This document shows, piece by piece, positions 25,392-37,785 of a DNA stretch of 47,783 nucleotides; position 1 is the first letter of the stretch, and every line of letters begins with the position of its first letter. The translations under genes and the position numbers were made by a program. This DNA is from Octopus sinensis (lineage: Eukaryota). The notes beneath the pieces are model-generated. The model searched no databases. It saw only the letters and a list, made by a program, of their open reading frames with translations, and had not been told where the DNA came from. The stretch is from the NCBI RefSeq assembly GCF_006345805.1, contig NW_021834506.1, positions 1 to 47,783 of the forward strand, in the 5' to 3' direction.

Positions 25392-25789
25392 TTAATCCAG
25401 CATTTTTGTGGAGAATTTTGTACAGGATTGAGTGTATTTTATACGAGTGTTTTCTCACCTAGTTTGGTTTTTTTGTGGTGTAGTATATTTCAATTGTTTC
25501 TAGTTGTAAGTACATGGTGAGTTACTAACAAAGTACGGTACTTGTAAGGTTACTTTGACAGATTGATTCGTAAAGTCTCCAACTTTCACGTATGCTACCA
25601 AATTTGTAAATTACATTGGCCAGTGGGAGCTTGTTCGCAAAGCTAACCTGGATTTAAAGAAGACACACTGTTAACACGTTGATATACTTAGTCATTCTTA
25701 ATACCGTCCAACAGATTTCAACGTGACTTTGTTAGCTGCTTTTCTATTTCGTAATTTTGCTGCGTACCGTATAGATTATAGACATAAGC

Positions 25790-25946
25790 GCAGGCGTGGT
25801 TGTGTGGTTAGAAGTTTGCTTCCCAGCCACATGGTTTCGGGTTCAGTCTCACTGCATGGCACTTTAGGCAAGTGTCTTCTACTACAGCCACGGGCCGACC
25901 AAAGCCTTGTGGGTGAATTCGGTAGATGGAAACTGACAAAAGTCCG

Positions 25947-25950
<4 letters not shown>
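25790..25950 (+). mobile_element. Main SINE family 5' half followed by a long (TA)n/(TACA)n tract
   Basis: GCGCAGGCGTGGTTGTGTGGTTAGAAG head through GGAAACTGACAAAAGTCCGTC. Confidence 0.8.
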
Positions 25951-25990
<40 letters not shown>

Positions 25991-26024
25991 ATATATATAT
26001 ATATATATATAATATATATATATC

Positions 26025-26071
<47 letters not shown>

Positions 26072-26119
26072 CATATATATATATACATATATATATATAT
26101 ACATATATATATATACATG

Positions 26120-26157
<38 letters not shown>

Positions 26158-26192
26158 CATATATATATACATATATATATATACATATATAT

Positions 26193-26275
<83 letters not shown>

Positions 26276-26690
26276 GACGCATGGCTCAGTGGTTAGTGCG
26301 TCAGGATCACAATCATGAGGTAGTGAGTTCGATTCCCGGCCCAGCCCGTGTGGTTGTATTCTTGAGCAAGTTACTTTATTTCACGTTGCTCCGGTTCACT
26401 CAGCTGTAGAACTGTGTTGCGACGTCACTGGTGCCAATCTGTATCGGCCTTTGCCTTTCTCTTGGATAACATCGGTGGTGTGGAGAGGGAAGGCTGGTAT
26501 GCCAGGACTTGTGGTAACTTTCTAGGTGCAATCCTGTAACATGACGGTTTGGCCAAAGAGACAGATAGAATAAGCACCAAGCTTTAAAAGAATTAAGTAC
26601 TGGGGTCTAGTCATTCGACTAAAAATTCTTCAAGGCGGCAACCCAGCACGGTTGCCGTCTAATGACTGAAACAAGTAAAAGATAAAAGAT
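26276..26690 (+). mobile_element. tRNA-derived SINE (Val-like head) with main-family tail
   Basis: A box TGGCTCAGTGG, B box GTTCGATTCC, T-CAC-AA anticodon-like loop, core TTGAGCAAG; tail ATGACTGAAACAAGTAAAAGAT. Confidence 0.75.
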
Positions 26691-27015
26691 ACATGTTTGT
26701 GTGTCTGTGTGTGTGGGTAACAATTAAATGCCCCGAGCAAAAGGGCCGCTGAGCTGATATCAAACCTTTTAAGCTGTGCTCAACAGTATTTTACCGTTCC
26801 GTGCGCTCAACCAAGCAGTATGTACCATTCTTTGCGTCTCTGGTAGGGAATCGAGTACCTAGACAGTGAACGATGTATTTTATGAGCTGTGGTTAAGAAG
26901 CTCATTTTGCAAACAAAATGGTTTCGGATCCATTAACGACACTTTGGGCAAGTGTCTCCTACTATTGTACTGGACCGAACAATTCCTTTGCGAGTGAATT
27001 TGGTAGACGAAAACT

Positions 27016-29275
27016 GTGGAACATGACTGTCACTACATAAACCAGATAATTGCGTATTGCGGAACGCGACTGTCACTATTGCGTATTGTGGAATATGATT
27101 CACTACATAAACCAGATAATTGCGTATTGCGGAACGCGACTGTCACTATTGCGTATTATGGAATATGATTCACTACATAAACCAGATAATGCGTATTGCG
27201 GAACGCGACTGTCACTATTGCGTATTGTGGAATATGATTCACTACATAAACCAGATAATTGCGTATTGCGGAACGCGACTGTCACTATTGCGTATTGTGG
27301 AATATGATTCACTACATAAACCAGATAATTGCGTATTGCGGAACGCGACTGTCACACTATTGCGTATTGTGGAATATGATTCACTACATAAACCAGATAA
27401 TTGCGTATTGCGGAACGCGACTGTCACTATTGCGTATTGTGGAATATGATTCACTACATAAACCAGATAATTGCGTATTGCGGAACGCGACTGTCACTAT
27501 TGCGTATTGTGGAATATGATTCACTACATAAACAGATAATTGCGTATGCGGAACGCGACTGTCACTATTGCGTATTGTGGAATATGATTCACTACATAAA
27601 CCAGTAATTGCGTATTGCGGAACGCGATGTCAATTGCGTATTGTGGAATATGATTCACTACATAAACCAGATAATTGCGTATTGCGGAACGCGACTGTCA
27701 CTATTGCGTATTGTGGAATATGATTCACTACATAAACCAGATAATTGCGTATTGCGGAACGCGACTGTCACTATTGCGTATTGTGGAATATGATTCACTA
27801 CATAAACCAGATAATTGCGTATTGCGGAACGCGACTGTCACTATTGCGTATTGTGGAATATGATTCACTACATAAACCAGATAATTGCGTATTGCGGAAC
27901 GCGACTGTCAAATGCGTATTGTGGAATATGATTCACTACATAAACCAGATAATTGCGTATTGCGGAACGCGACTGTCACTATTGCGTATTGTGGAATATG
28001 ATTCACTACATAAACCAGATAATTGCGTATTGCGGAACGCGACTGTCACTATTGCGTATTGTGGAATATGATTCACTACATAAACCAGATAATTGCGTAT
28101 TGCGGAACGCGACTGTCACTATTGCGTATTGTGGAATATGATTCACTACATAAACCAGATAATTGCGTATTGCGGAACGCGACTGTCACTATTGCGTATT
28201 GTGGAATATGACTCACTGCATAAACCAGATAATTGCGTATTGCGGAACGCGACTGTCACTATTGCGTATTGTGGAATATGACTCACTGCATAAACCTGAT
28301 GATTGCGTATTGTAGAACGCGACTGTCACTACATAACCCAGATAATTGCGTATTGTGGAACGCGACTGTCACTATTGCGTATTGTGGAATATGATTCACT
28401 ACATAAACCAGATAATTGCGTATTGCGGAACGCGACTGTCACTGTTGCGTATTGTGGAATATGACTCACTGCATAAACCTGATGATTGCGTATTGTAGAA
28501 CGCGACTGTCACTACATAACCCAGATAATTGCGTATTGTGGAACGCGACTGTCACTATTGCGTATTGTGGAATATGATTCACTACATAAACCAGATAATT
28601 GCGTATTGCGGAACGCGACTGTCACTGTTGCGTATTGTGGAATATGACTCACTGCATAAACCTGATGATTGCGTATTGTAGAACGCGACTGTTACTACAT
28701 AACCCAGATAATTGCGTATTGTGGAACGCGACTGTCACTATTGCGTATTGTGGAATATGATTCACTACATAAACCAGATAATTGCGTATTGCGGAACGCG
28801 ACTGTCACTATTGCGTATTGTGGAATATGACTCACTGCATAAACCTGATGATTGCGTATTGTGGAACGCGACTGTCACTATTGCGTATTGTGGAATATGA
28901 TTCACTACATAACCCAGGTAATTGCGTATTGCGGAACGCGACTGTCACTATTGCGTATTGTGGAATATGATTCACTACATAACCCAGGTAATTGCGTATT
29001 GTGGAACGCGACTGTCACTATTGCGTATTGTGGAATATGATTCACTACATAACCCAGGTAATTGCGTATTGTGGAACGCGACTGTCACTATTGCGTATTG
29101 TGGAATATGACTCACTACATAAACCTGACGATTGCGTATTGTGGGACGCGATTGTCACTACATAAATATGGTGATTGCGTTGCGTATTGCGGAACAAAGG
29201 CTGTACAACAAAAAAAATCTGATGATTGCGTATAGTGAAACACGACTGTCACTACGTAAACCTGATGATTGCGTA
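27016..29275. repeat. Tandem satellite, 70 bp unit (29+27+14 bp subunits), with a 183 bp higher-order segment
   Basis: Unit ATAATTGCGTATTGCGGAACGCGACTGTCACTATTGCGTATTGTGGAATATGATTCACTACATAAACCAG; the CTGATGATTGCGTATTGTAG variant recurs at 28296, 28479 and 28662. Confidence 0.97.
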
Positions 29276-29820
29276 ACGCATGTTAGTACTAGTTTATTTC
29301 AATATTGCAAAATTGTAAAATTGTAAATAATAAAATGTGAAAATCGAACTAATTGGAATTTCATTCATTAATATAATCCTCTATACACAATCACACAAAC
29401 TCGGATATAAATGCGTGTGTGTGTGTGTGTGTGTCTGTGTCTCTGTGTTTGTATCATTTAATGTACACAGTATATGGTTATGAGGTACTAATAGTTTCAT
29501 ACATTAAAGACGTGGCTTACGAAGGTTTTATAACGCGCTTAGAGTCTTCAAGTAATCTTCAGGCTCTGAGAACGTGGCCTATACAAGTTACAAATCAGAA
29601 CGATAGGACAAGCGAAATCACGAGAAATGTGTGTTTGTGTGTGTGTGTGCGTGCATGTGTGTGTGTGTGTGTGTACGTGTGTGTGTTTGTGTGTGTGTGT
29701 GCGCGTGTGTGTGTGTATGTGTGTATGTGTGTGTGTGTATGTGTGTGTGTATGTGTGTGTCTATGTGTGTGTGTGTATGTGTGTGTGTGTGTGTGCGTGC
29801 GTGTGTGTGTGTGTGTGTGT

Positions 29821-29857
<37 letters not shown>

Positions 29858-30089
29858 ATGTGTGTAAAACAGGGAGCGTATGTGTTTGTTCTCCAGCACC
29901 GCTTGACAATCTTTGTCTCGGACATCGTAACTTTAGAGTTTCATCTAAGAAGACCGCCGGAGTAAGCATCAAAATCACAAATAAGTTTCGGGTTCCATTC
30001 ATTCGATTAAACCATCAAAGCAGTGCCCCAGCATGACCGCAATTCAACGATTGAAACAAGTGGAGTAGTAAAAAGATAAAAATGGATAG

Positions 30090-30700
30090 CTTTTATCTTC
30101 ACAATTTAGATACAGAAATTGTCCTTCCAGATGCCCATTTATTAAAGGCGATTGTGCATGCGTAGATTGATCTCTGCTGAAGTTCTACAACTTAGAAGAA
30201 TCGTTGAGGCATCGAACTGAATGTGTTGTTTTCATCCCTTTTGGTGGAATGGCGGAAATGTAAGAACGTTGGACAGGATGGATGCCAGATTCCTGGTTTG
30301 AAAATGCTTCAATCCCTTCTTCCTTCTCTCCTTCTTTTACACCCACTCACTGGTCTTGGAGGTCCTATAAATTGTCATGATCACTGCCTTACTTTCTGAC
30401 TAAAAGGTAAAAACTTTTCGCCAATACAGGCTGCATATAGATATTTGCAAAAACTGTAAATTCGTGGACGTTTCTGAAATCCGTTAAGAGATCCTCTGGC
30501 GATATTCTTGCGAATATTATATATGTTGTACATTTGGTTTTGGGTCTTTAATGGCTTTTAATGCATGATGTAGCCTGTTTGATGCTATTCTTGAGAATCC
30601 CATTCATCAACAAGTATTGTTTTATCATCAGGTATTAAGGGGAAAAAATATCATCTTAAGCATCATCCAAATGTGACAAAGTAGATTTGCAATAGAAACA
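30090..30700 (-). pseudogene. Possible decayed PLE reverse transcriptase N-terminal fragment
   Basis: PDDKTILVDEWDSQE (cf. ADK...V..D..Y) followed by a CPTF..-like segment; many stops and frameshifts. Confidence 0.35.
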
Positions 30701-30889
30701 CATTTCTCTACATAATATAGTTACGAGGCAGAAATAATCCCTGCCATTAATATATATATATTATATTATATTATATATATAATATTATATATAATATTAT
30801 ATTATATATAATATAATATTATATATAATATAATATAATATATGCGTTGTGTATAGAACAATTCCACCAAAAATGCCTTCATCGCATTT

Positions 30890-31390
30890 TAAACATTAAA
30901 TGGAGTATATTACGATGAATGTAAACAAACTAATGTTTGTTTTATAAGCGTTGAAATGTGTATCGTGAGATATAAATAATTTGTTTTCAAACGCATAATT
31001 GCTGATAGGACAGCAGATATTGGATAAGATATCCATACAATGGCTGGTTGCGGAAGATTTGTCAGCAACCAGCCATGAGACTCCAACTCACATCCCTTTG
31101 ATTACCAGTCAAGTGCTTTACCAATGAAGCTAAACTGCTCACAAACAAATTAAGCCGCAATACTAGAACTTATAAAGCTACCGAACTTAACGCTGGAAAG
31201 CTGAAATTAGATTACGATAAATGTAAACAAACTAATGTTTGTTTTAGAAGCGTTGAAATGAGTATTGTGAGATACAAATAAGATGATAATTTATTTTCAA
31301 ACGCATAAACGCTGATCGGAGAGTTCTAGAATTGCGAAATTAATTGTCAGAGAGCAGTTTAGCTTAATTCGTTAAGCACTTGGCCAAGAA
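30890..31390. mobile_element. Interspersed repeat family carrying an internal tRNA-like module; inverted partial copies
   Basis: 30909-31010 repeats at 31211-31320; 31110-31170 is inverted at 31321-31385; further pieces at 31706-31777 and 33690-33957. Confidence 0.75.
31067..31139 (-). tRNA. tRNA-Thr(GGT)-like cloverleaf, probably a pseudogene or repeat module
   Basis: AGCAGTT TA GCTT CATTGGTA AAGC A CTTGA CT-GGT-AA TCAAA GGGAT GTGAG TTGGAGT CTCAT GGCTGGT T; D arm fully paired, T-loop TTG instead of TTC. Confidence 0.6.
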
Positions 31391-31680
31391 CTCTTTTTGT
31401 AACATGCTAATAAATCAGTAATTACATCTATTTATTCTCCATTTTCGTCTCCTTGTTTTCCTTCAATATTGAAAATTTCAATAATCTTAAACATATACCA
31501 ATAGCTTTACCATTATATGACACGGATTAAACCTGTGGAATAACTTGGATTATGTAGTAAAGATTGTTTACCAACATAACATGGTAGCCCTGGTTTAAGA
31601 CGAATGTTGGTTGGATTATATAATCCCTAATGAAGATTTGGCTCCCACGAATTAACTATATATATATATTATATATATAT

Positions 31681-32044
31681 ATTTAAACACATAGAGAATC
31701 CACTTGTTTACAAACGCATAAATGCTGATAGAACAGCAGAGATTGGATAAGATGTCCATACAATGGCATACAATGGCATTCTACGCATTAGAAAGAACAG
31801 CTAAGTTCTATGACCACAAACAATTCGGGACAAAATTCGACAGGAATAAATTTGAAAATGAAAAACATTTACCATCTAGTTTCCTGGACCAATTGGTTTC
31901 TAATCATCAACTAGATGGTAAATGTTTTTCATATCCAAATTTATTCCTGTCGAATTTTGTCCCGAATTTTTTTGTGGTCATAGAACTTAGCTGTTCTTTC
32001 TAATGCGTAGAATCCCTATAAGTGGAATCTCTATGTGTTTAAAT
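31681..32044. repeat. Fold-back repeat with a half hammerhead in its loop
   Basis: 31778-31882 is inverted at 31909-32013, outer arms 31681-31705 / 32020-32044; the loop on the minus strand reads GATG ATTA GAAA CCAATTGG TC CAGG. Confidence 0.88.
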
Positions 32045-32167
32045 ATAAACTATATCGTATGACTAATATATAGTCTTTTTGACTAAAATTGTTTTACGCG
32101 TTAGACCACTGGAAATGTAAATTTTAATTGAATGTTTTTAATTTTGATTAAATTCCATTTCCCTTTG

Positions 32168-32253
<86 letters not shown>

Positions 32254-32256
<3 letters not shown>

Positions 32257-33130
32257 GTATAAACTGCAGAAAGAATACTTTAAAAAGTGTAATAAGGTTT
32301 ATTTATTTCTGCAGAAGAACCTAATAGTTCACTCCGTCTCGACTAAAATTTTCTCGCAACATGTATTTCTTCAGACCTCAAAAAGATGGACGGGAAGAAC
32401 ACAGCGTTGTTTATAGACCAGCTTTCATAAGTCAACAGCTATTAGATGAGAAGTATCTAACTTGGACATTTTATACAATATAATTTTGTGGGTTCAAGCT
32501 CTAGAGTGGAGGATTTGTTTTTAGCGATAGAATAAAAGTTGAAGCCAAATTACCTATTACAAGTCTGGTTACTTAGTCTGAATCTTGAATGGCGAAAATT
32601 TAGTGTTGTTTTAAGGTGGCAAAAAGCAACATGCTGGTACTCTCTTATAATGGACAGTGTAGATGAGTCAGAAACTTAAAGTTTTGGAGTAGATACAAAA
32701 TGCAACTCTTTGCTACATCAAAATTCGTGAATACTGTAACTATGATGTTCAGTGTTATAAGAAAGTTTTCGAGTTTTATTGTCAATTAATTCCCAAACAA
32801 AATGAGATAGAGAGAAGCAGAATAAATTCTTTTTCTGTACCTAAATAAATATACACGTTGGTTTTGTCTTAGAAGTGTTTTCTTAAGACCTTATAATTCC
32901 TCTCCATACCATCGTTGAGTATAACATTTTCTCTATATATCATTACCTTACAGAAGTAAGATAGTTTCAGTGGACATTTCACAGATTACACAGAATAATG
33001 AAAATGTAACAATGGTGTTGCCATTGTTTGCAAACCAGCAGGGAAAAGTTTTTTTTCAAAATCGATTCTCGAGAAACCGAGATATCCTAAATTTCACTCC
33101 TAAGCTATTAGCATGATTCTGGGTGTATGT
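32254..33130 (+). mobile_element. Possible very old Tc1/mariner-type transposon remnant
   Basis: Starts TA-CAGGT; a DESET*SFG segment resembles the Tc1 DE..F.L.G motif; no clear TIR pair. Confidence 0.25.
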
Positions 33131-33180
33131 CTGTTGTGTACGTGTGTATATATATACATACATATATATATATATATATA

Positions 33181-33598
33181 CTCTTTTACTCTTTTACTCT
33201 TTTACTTGTTTCAGTCATTTGACTGCGGCCATGCTGGAGCACCGCCTTTAGTCGAGCAAATCGACCCCGGGACTTATTCTTTGTAAGCCCAGTACTTATT
33301 TTATCGGTCTCTTTTGCTGAACCGCTAAGTGACGGGGACGTAAACACACCAGCATCGGTTGTCAAGCAATGCTAGGGGGACAAACACAGACACACAAACA
33401 TATACACACACACTTATATATATATACATATATACGACAGGTTTCTTTCAGTTTCCGTCTACCAAATCCACTCACAAGGCATTGGTCGGCCCGGGGCTAT
33501 AGCAGAAGACACTTGCCCAAGATGCCACGCAGTGGGACTGAACCCGGAACCATGTGGTTGGTTAGCAAGCTACTTACCACACAGCCACTCCTGCGCCT
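33181..33598 (-). mobile_element. Main SINE family, full-length young copy
   Basis: Head GCGCAGGAGTGGCTGTGTGGTAAGTAGC to (GAGTAAAA)n tail; very close to 306-712. Confidence 0.9.
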
Positions 33599-33657
33599 AT
33601 ATGTATATATATATAATATATATATATAATATATATATATTATATATATTATATATA

Positions 33658-33689
<32 letters not shown>

Positions 33690-33755
33690 TCAACTTACGA
33701 TGAAAGTAAACAAAGATTGTTTTAGAAGCGTTGAGATGTATTGAAGGATACAGAA

Positions 33756-33957
33756 AATTTTTTTTTCTCAAACGCGTGATAATGCTAATAAAATAGCCTG
33801 ATCAGGATAAATTATCCATACATTGCAGAAAAATACGTTACCGACCAGCCATGAGACTCATGACTGGCCGGTAACGTATTTTTCTACAATGTATGGATAA
33901 TTTATCCTGATCACGCTATTTTATTAGCATTATCACGCATTTGAGAATAAAAAAATT
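33756..33957. repeat. Palindrome (~100 bp arms, 1 nt loop) made of two truncated copies of the tRNA-bearing repeat
   Basis: Centre CATGAG-A-CTCATG at 33850-33862 corresponds to the T-arm/acceptor end of the tRNA-like module. Confidence 0.85.
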
Positions 33958-33965
33958 ATTTCAGT

Positions 33966-34057
<92 letters not shown>

Positions 34058-34059
34058 CC

Positions 34060-35775
34060 ATCAGAAGATTTATAAGGAGGGCTAGACTGCTTTAAGCTCC
34101 CAGCAGTGTCAAGTTGATCACGCACTTTCCGCATATTGTCAATGAACATGTCAATGAATAATGTAACTCCATATCGCTGAAGTTAACCGGAGTTGGAGTA
34201 ACGATGTCGAACCAAATGTATGACATGAGTGTATATCGGAAACGATTGCTGCATTTAGTAGAGTCTCTTATTTTGATTCTAGTCTTTGGCTTCACAGTAA
34301 GTTTCAAAACATCCCTCCAAATTCCATCATGATACCATTGACAAACGGCCTCAACAATTTCACGCTATCGATTCTGACTTCCGACGGATCATATACGATG
34401 TAAAAAGTAACATACGATACAAAAAGTTGACATACGATACAAAGTTGACATACGATACAAAAAGTAACAGCCTGAACATGTTCAAAGAATTCCTCACACA
34501 CACACACATACTTTTTTTTTTTTGTAAGGGCACAACAGGGAAAGACGCTACAGACACTTTCCAAAGTTCCAAAAGAGAAAACTACTTCAGTAGAACATTA
34601 CTGAATCCACTCCACAGAAATTCAGTATATGATGCCATATGATTAGAAAACAGCGAGAGGATCTTCATCAAGCCATATCCCCTGTTTTATCTTTTTCGTG
34701 GTTGACATATTGGCTCTATTGTTATGTCCTTGATCCCCACACTCTTCCAAATGATTGCAATTCTTACTCAACGTTTCCTTTATCAGTTATGCGATGTCAG
34801 AACATTTTATTCTCACAACAATCTTCAAAAGTTATAAAATCACCCCTGAATCATAAACGCGCAATCTCTGCTTTGAAGATAACTATGATAAATGTTGTCT
34901 ATTCGACATGTGCAGAACCGGGTGTTGCATCAGTTATTATTAAATAGTATTTTTGTCTTTGATCTTTCACAGAGAATTTCGTTTCAAAACTTGATCGGAG
35001 CAAAGAGAAATAAATTCATTTTGTGATTCAGATGATAAATAATTTATTTGCAACCTTGCTCTTTTTCTTTTTTCTTTTTTTTATTTCATTTTCCTTTTAT
35101 GATTCTATCTGATCTCTCTGACTTGAATTCCAATATGACAAAAGTTTAACTACTCCAAAGAAGTTACCATTGTTTATATTGTTCTGTCATATGAATGATA
35201 GCGCGGAATGCAAACTCATTTTTACCTAGAAATATAATGTAGACCAGACGTTGTAAAGTATTAGTCTAGTTAGCTTCCTTTCTTACCATTTATATATGCA
35301 GGAAAATGTTCCAAGCATCTGTTTTAAATGGATTCTTTGCTCGAATTCGCTCCATAATATATAATTCAATTTCTATCGGTAACCATATTCATGCTCAAGA
35401 ATTCAATCGTAATTTTCTCCATTTTTTTCTGTAGCAGACCATCCTTTCTCTATTGTCAATGCTGATGCGTTAATACTACCATTTCCGTAGAGCAGACATG
35501 CTAAATGTACGATTTCTAGCCAGTCTCTCGTAGATATTTCACCCTCAGTGATTCCTATATTTAAAGAGGCCAACTGGAACAGACTGCTGCCCATTATTGC
35601 TTGGAAATGTTTGCAGCCAGGGAATAGATCTTTCCTACACACATCTTTTAATGTTTTACTGCACTTTTTTGTATGAAATTGCCAATATCATCGTTGTCTT
35701 CTTTCTCATAGCTTAGATTTAAAGAGAGATTCTCTACGCTTCTATTGGCACAGTCCCGAGACTGTCAGCTAGAAT
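34060..35775 (-). pseudogene. Decayed hAT-superfamily transposase (Tip100/ZMYM1-like, DUF4371 type)
   Basis: In order across frameshifts: GEISTRDWL...CLLYG (TTF-type Zn finger), LQRLVYIIFLGKNEFAFRA, NNGNFFGVVKLL, LSSESQNEFISLCSDQVLK, YYLIITDATPGSAHVE*TT, DIA*LIKETL...ECGDQGHNNRANMS, RIDSVK, LMSYIWFDI. Confidence 0.85.
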
Positions 35776-36029
35776 ACTTTGTGGTATATATTATTGTTAC
35801 AACTCTCTGTTCTGAGTTCAAAACGTACCGAGGCCAACATGCAGTTGTCAGTATCAATCCAAATACTGTGGATTGATGTGACAACGAGGGTGGGGCAGGC
35901 AAGATGCTTCACGATAAATGTTGCAGTTTATTGCATTCTTACAACAACACCTCTTACGACACTGATGCAAAACTATATCGGGCCATGTCGGCAGCCCCTA
36001 TTTTTAGTTACATAGAAGATTTTGCATGC

Positions 36030-36244
36030 ATATGTAACTTTTATCTTTTGTTTATTTTGGTCGAACGAATTGCCCCCACTATTTATTATCAAGTCTGGAT
36101 TACGAGTGCGTAAACAAACCAACACCGGTTATCAAGTGATAGTAGGAATACAAACAGAAGCACAAAAACACACATGCACACGCACACACACACGTACACA
36201 CATACATACACACACACACACACATACATACATACATACATACA

Positions 36245-36275
<31 letters not shown>

Positions 36276-36545
36276 GGATATATATACCATTTTTTATGTG
36301 CGTGTGTGTGCGCGTGCGTCCGTGTGTGTGTGTCTGTTTGTGTGTGTGTGTGGATGGGTTGGTACGGCGGGCTTCCACACAGTAATTTCCGTCTACCAAA
36401 TTCACTCACAAAAAAACATTAGTCGGTCGGTCGGTCCACAGCAATGATAGAAGACACTTGTAGAATATACCGCGCAGTGAGACTGAATCTGAAACCACGT
36501 GATTGCAAAGCCAGCTTCTTAACCAGACAGCCGCCATCTTTGCGC
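36030..36545 (-). mobile_element. Diverged main-family SINE with internal (CATA)n/(TG)n
   Basis: TCGAACGAATTGCCCCC, GTAAACAAACCAACACCGGTTATCAAG, TTTCCGTCTACCAAATTCACTCAC and GAAGACACTTG match the family. Confidence 0.75.
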
Positions 36546-36569
36546 CTATTAGTCAAAAATCTTGCCCAA

Positions 36570-36960
36570 ATCTGCGCGCAACAAATATGCATAATTCACA
36601 GTGGACATTACCCGATAAAAGCCCTCTACGTACGCTTTTAGTTTTGATTTCATTGGGCTCGATAGATGATGCATGATTAACAGTTTCATTCTAAGGTTTA
36701 AAACCGTTTTGCTTGCAGTTTCTTCTTCAGTAGATAGTTCAGTGATTGCTAATAAATATTCATCAGAAAGGTTTTTGGAATCAATATCTATATCCAGTAA
36801 TGATCGTTTCTCTTTGTGTTTTTATTTATCTCTTGCTTTCCTTTTGATTCTCTTCTGTCATCCAGTTTTCTGCTTCTGCAATGTACAGATATGATTGGAG
36901 CATAAAATTCTTCTTGAAAAAGGCTGCATTATTAAGAAGACGCTTTTTTTAGACCGGCAT
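36570..36960 (-). pseudogene. Coding-like remnant, probably the N-terminal part of the same hAT transposase
   Basis: Charged frameshifted reading (RKLDDRRESKGKQE; KEKRSLLDIDIDSKNLSDEYLL...TEEETAS), same strand and upstream of the hAT motifs, separated by SINE insertions. Confidence 0.45.
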
Positions 36961-37006
36961 TAAATACTGCGTTGACTTGTGGACAACGTATAATAAATGT
37001 CATTCA

Positions 37007-37039
<33 letters not shown>

Positions 37040-37640
37040 TGTGTGTGTGTGTGTTTGCGTGTGCGTGCGTGCGTGCATAAGTATATTGTGTGTGCGCATA
37101 TCGTTGTGTGTGTGTCTGTGTGTGGCTGTGTCTGTGTGTGCATGTGTTTGTGTATGTGTGCGTGTGTTTGTGTGCTCATGTCATTGTGTGTGTGTGTGTG
37201 TTCAAAAGTTGTGCTGCAAATTTGCTAATAAGATATACGAGTGACAACTGAAAAATTGTGACAACTGAAAAATTGAATGTGCAGAGACAGAGACAGAGAG
37301 AGTGGGGGGGTATGTGCGTGTGTGCGTACGTGCGTGCGTGTGCATGTGTATGTACGCGCGCATGTCATTATGTGTGTATGTCTGTGTGTGTGTCTGTATG
37401 TGTGCGCATGTCATTGTGTATATGCGTGTGTACGGGTGTGTGTGTGTGTGTGTACGGGTGTGTGTTTGTACCGGTGTGTGTATGTGTACGGGTGTGAGTG
37501 TGCGTGTACGGGTGTGTGTGCGTTAGTATTTAGTAGTGAAAGAATCCATACAGTATGTTAGAAAAACTATTGAGATGGAGGGAGACAGCGAAGACGAAAT
37601 GAGGATGAAGGAGACGGAAAGATTGAGGCAAAACAGTACT

Positions 37641-37702
<62 letters not shown>

Positions 37703-37750
37703 AGTAGTCGTGGTGGTGGTGGTGGTGGTGGGGTGGTGGTGGTGTTAGTA

Positions 37751-37785
<35 letters not shown>

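Noticed and set aside
26276-26348. Functional tRNA-Val gene
   Set aside because: The acceptor stem does not close and the sequence continues into a SINE body
27016-29275. CRISPR array, coding repeat (MRIAERDCHYC...) or ribozyme tandem (CTGATGA variants)
   Set aside because: There are no unique spacers and the context is eukaryotic; ORFs are open in several frames only because of the repeat; no GAAA/NUH follows CTGATGA
30909-30968. ACGATGA...GAAA hairpin in the tail of the tRNA-bearing repeat as a hammerhead
   Set aside because: All three copies read TTACGAT, so the CUGA core is absent; treated as an ordinary stem-loop
34060-36960. Endogenous bunyavirus-like L protein or multi-exon host gene
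   Set aside because: The apparent PD motif (NPDLII, ~36100) is antisense SINE sequence, and the ordered motifs match a hAT transposase much better
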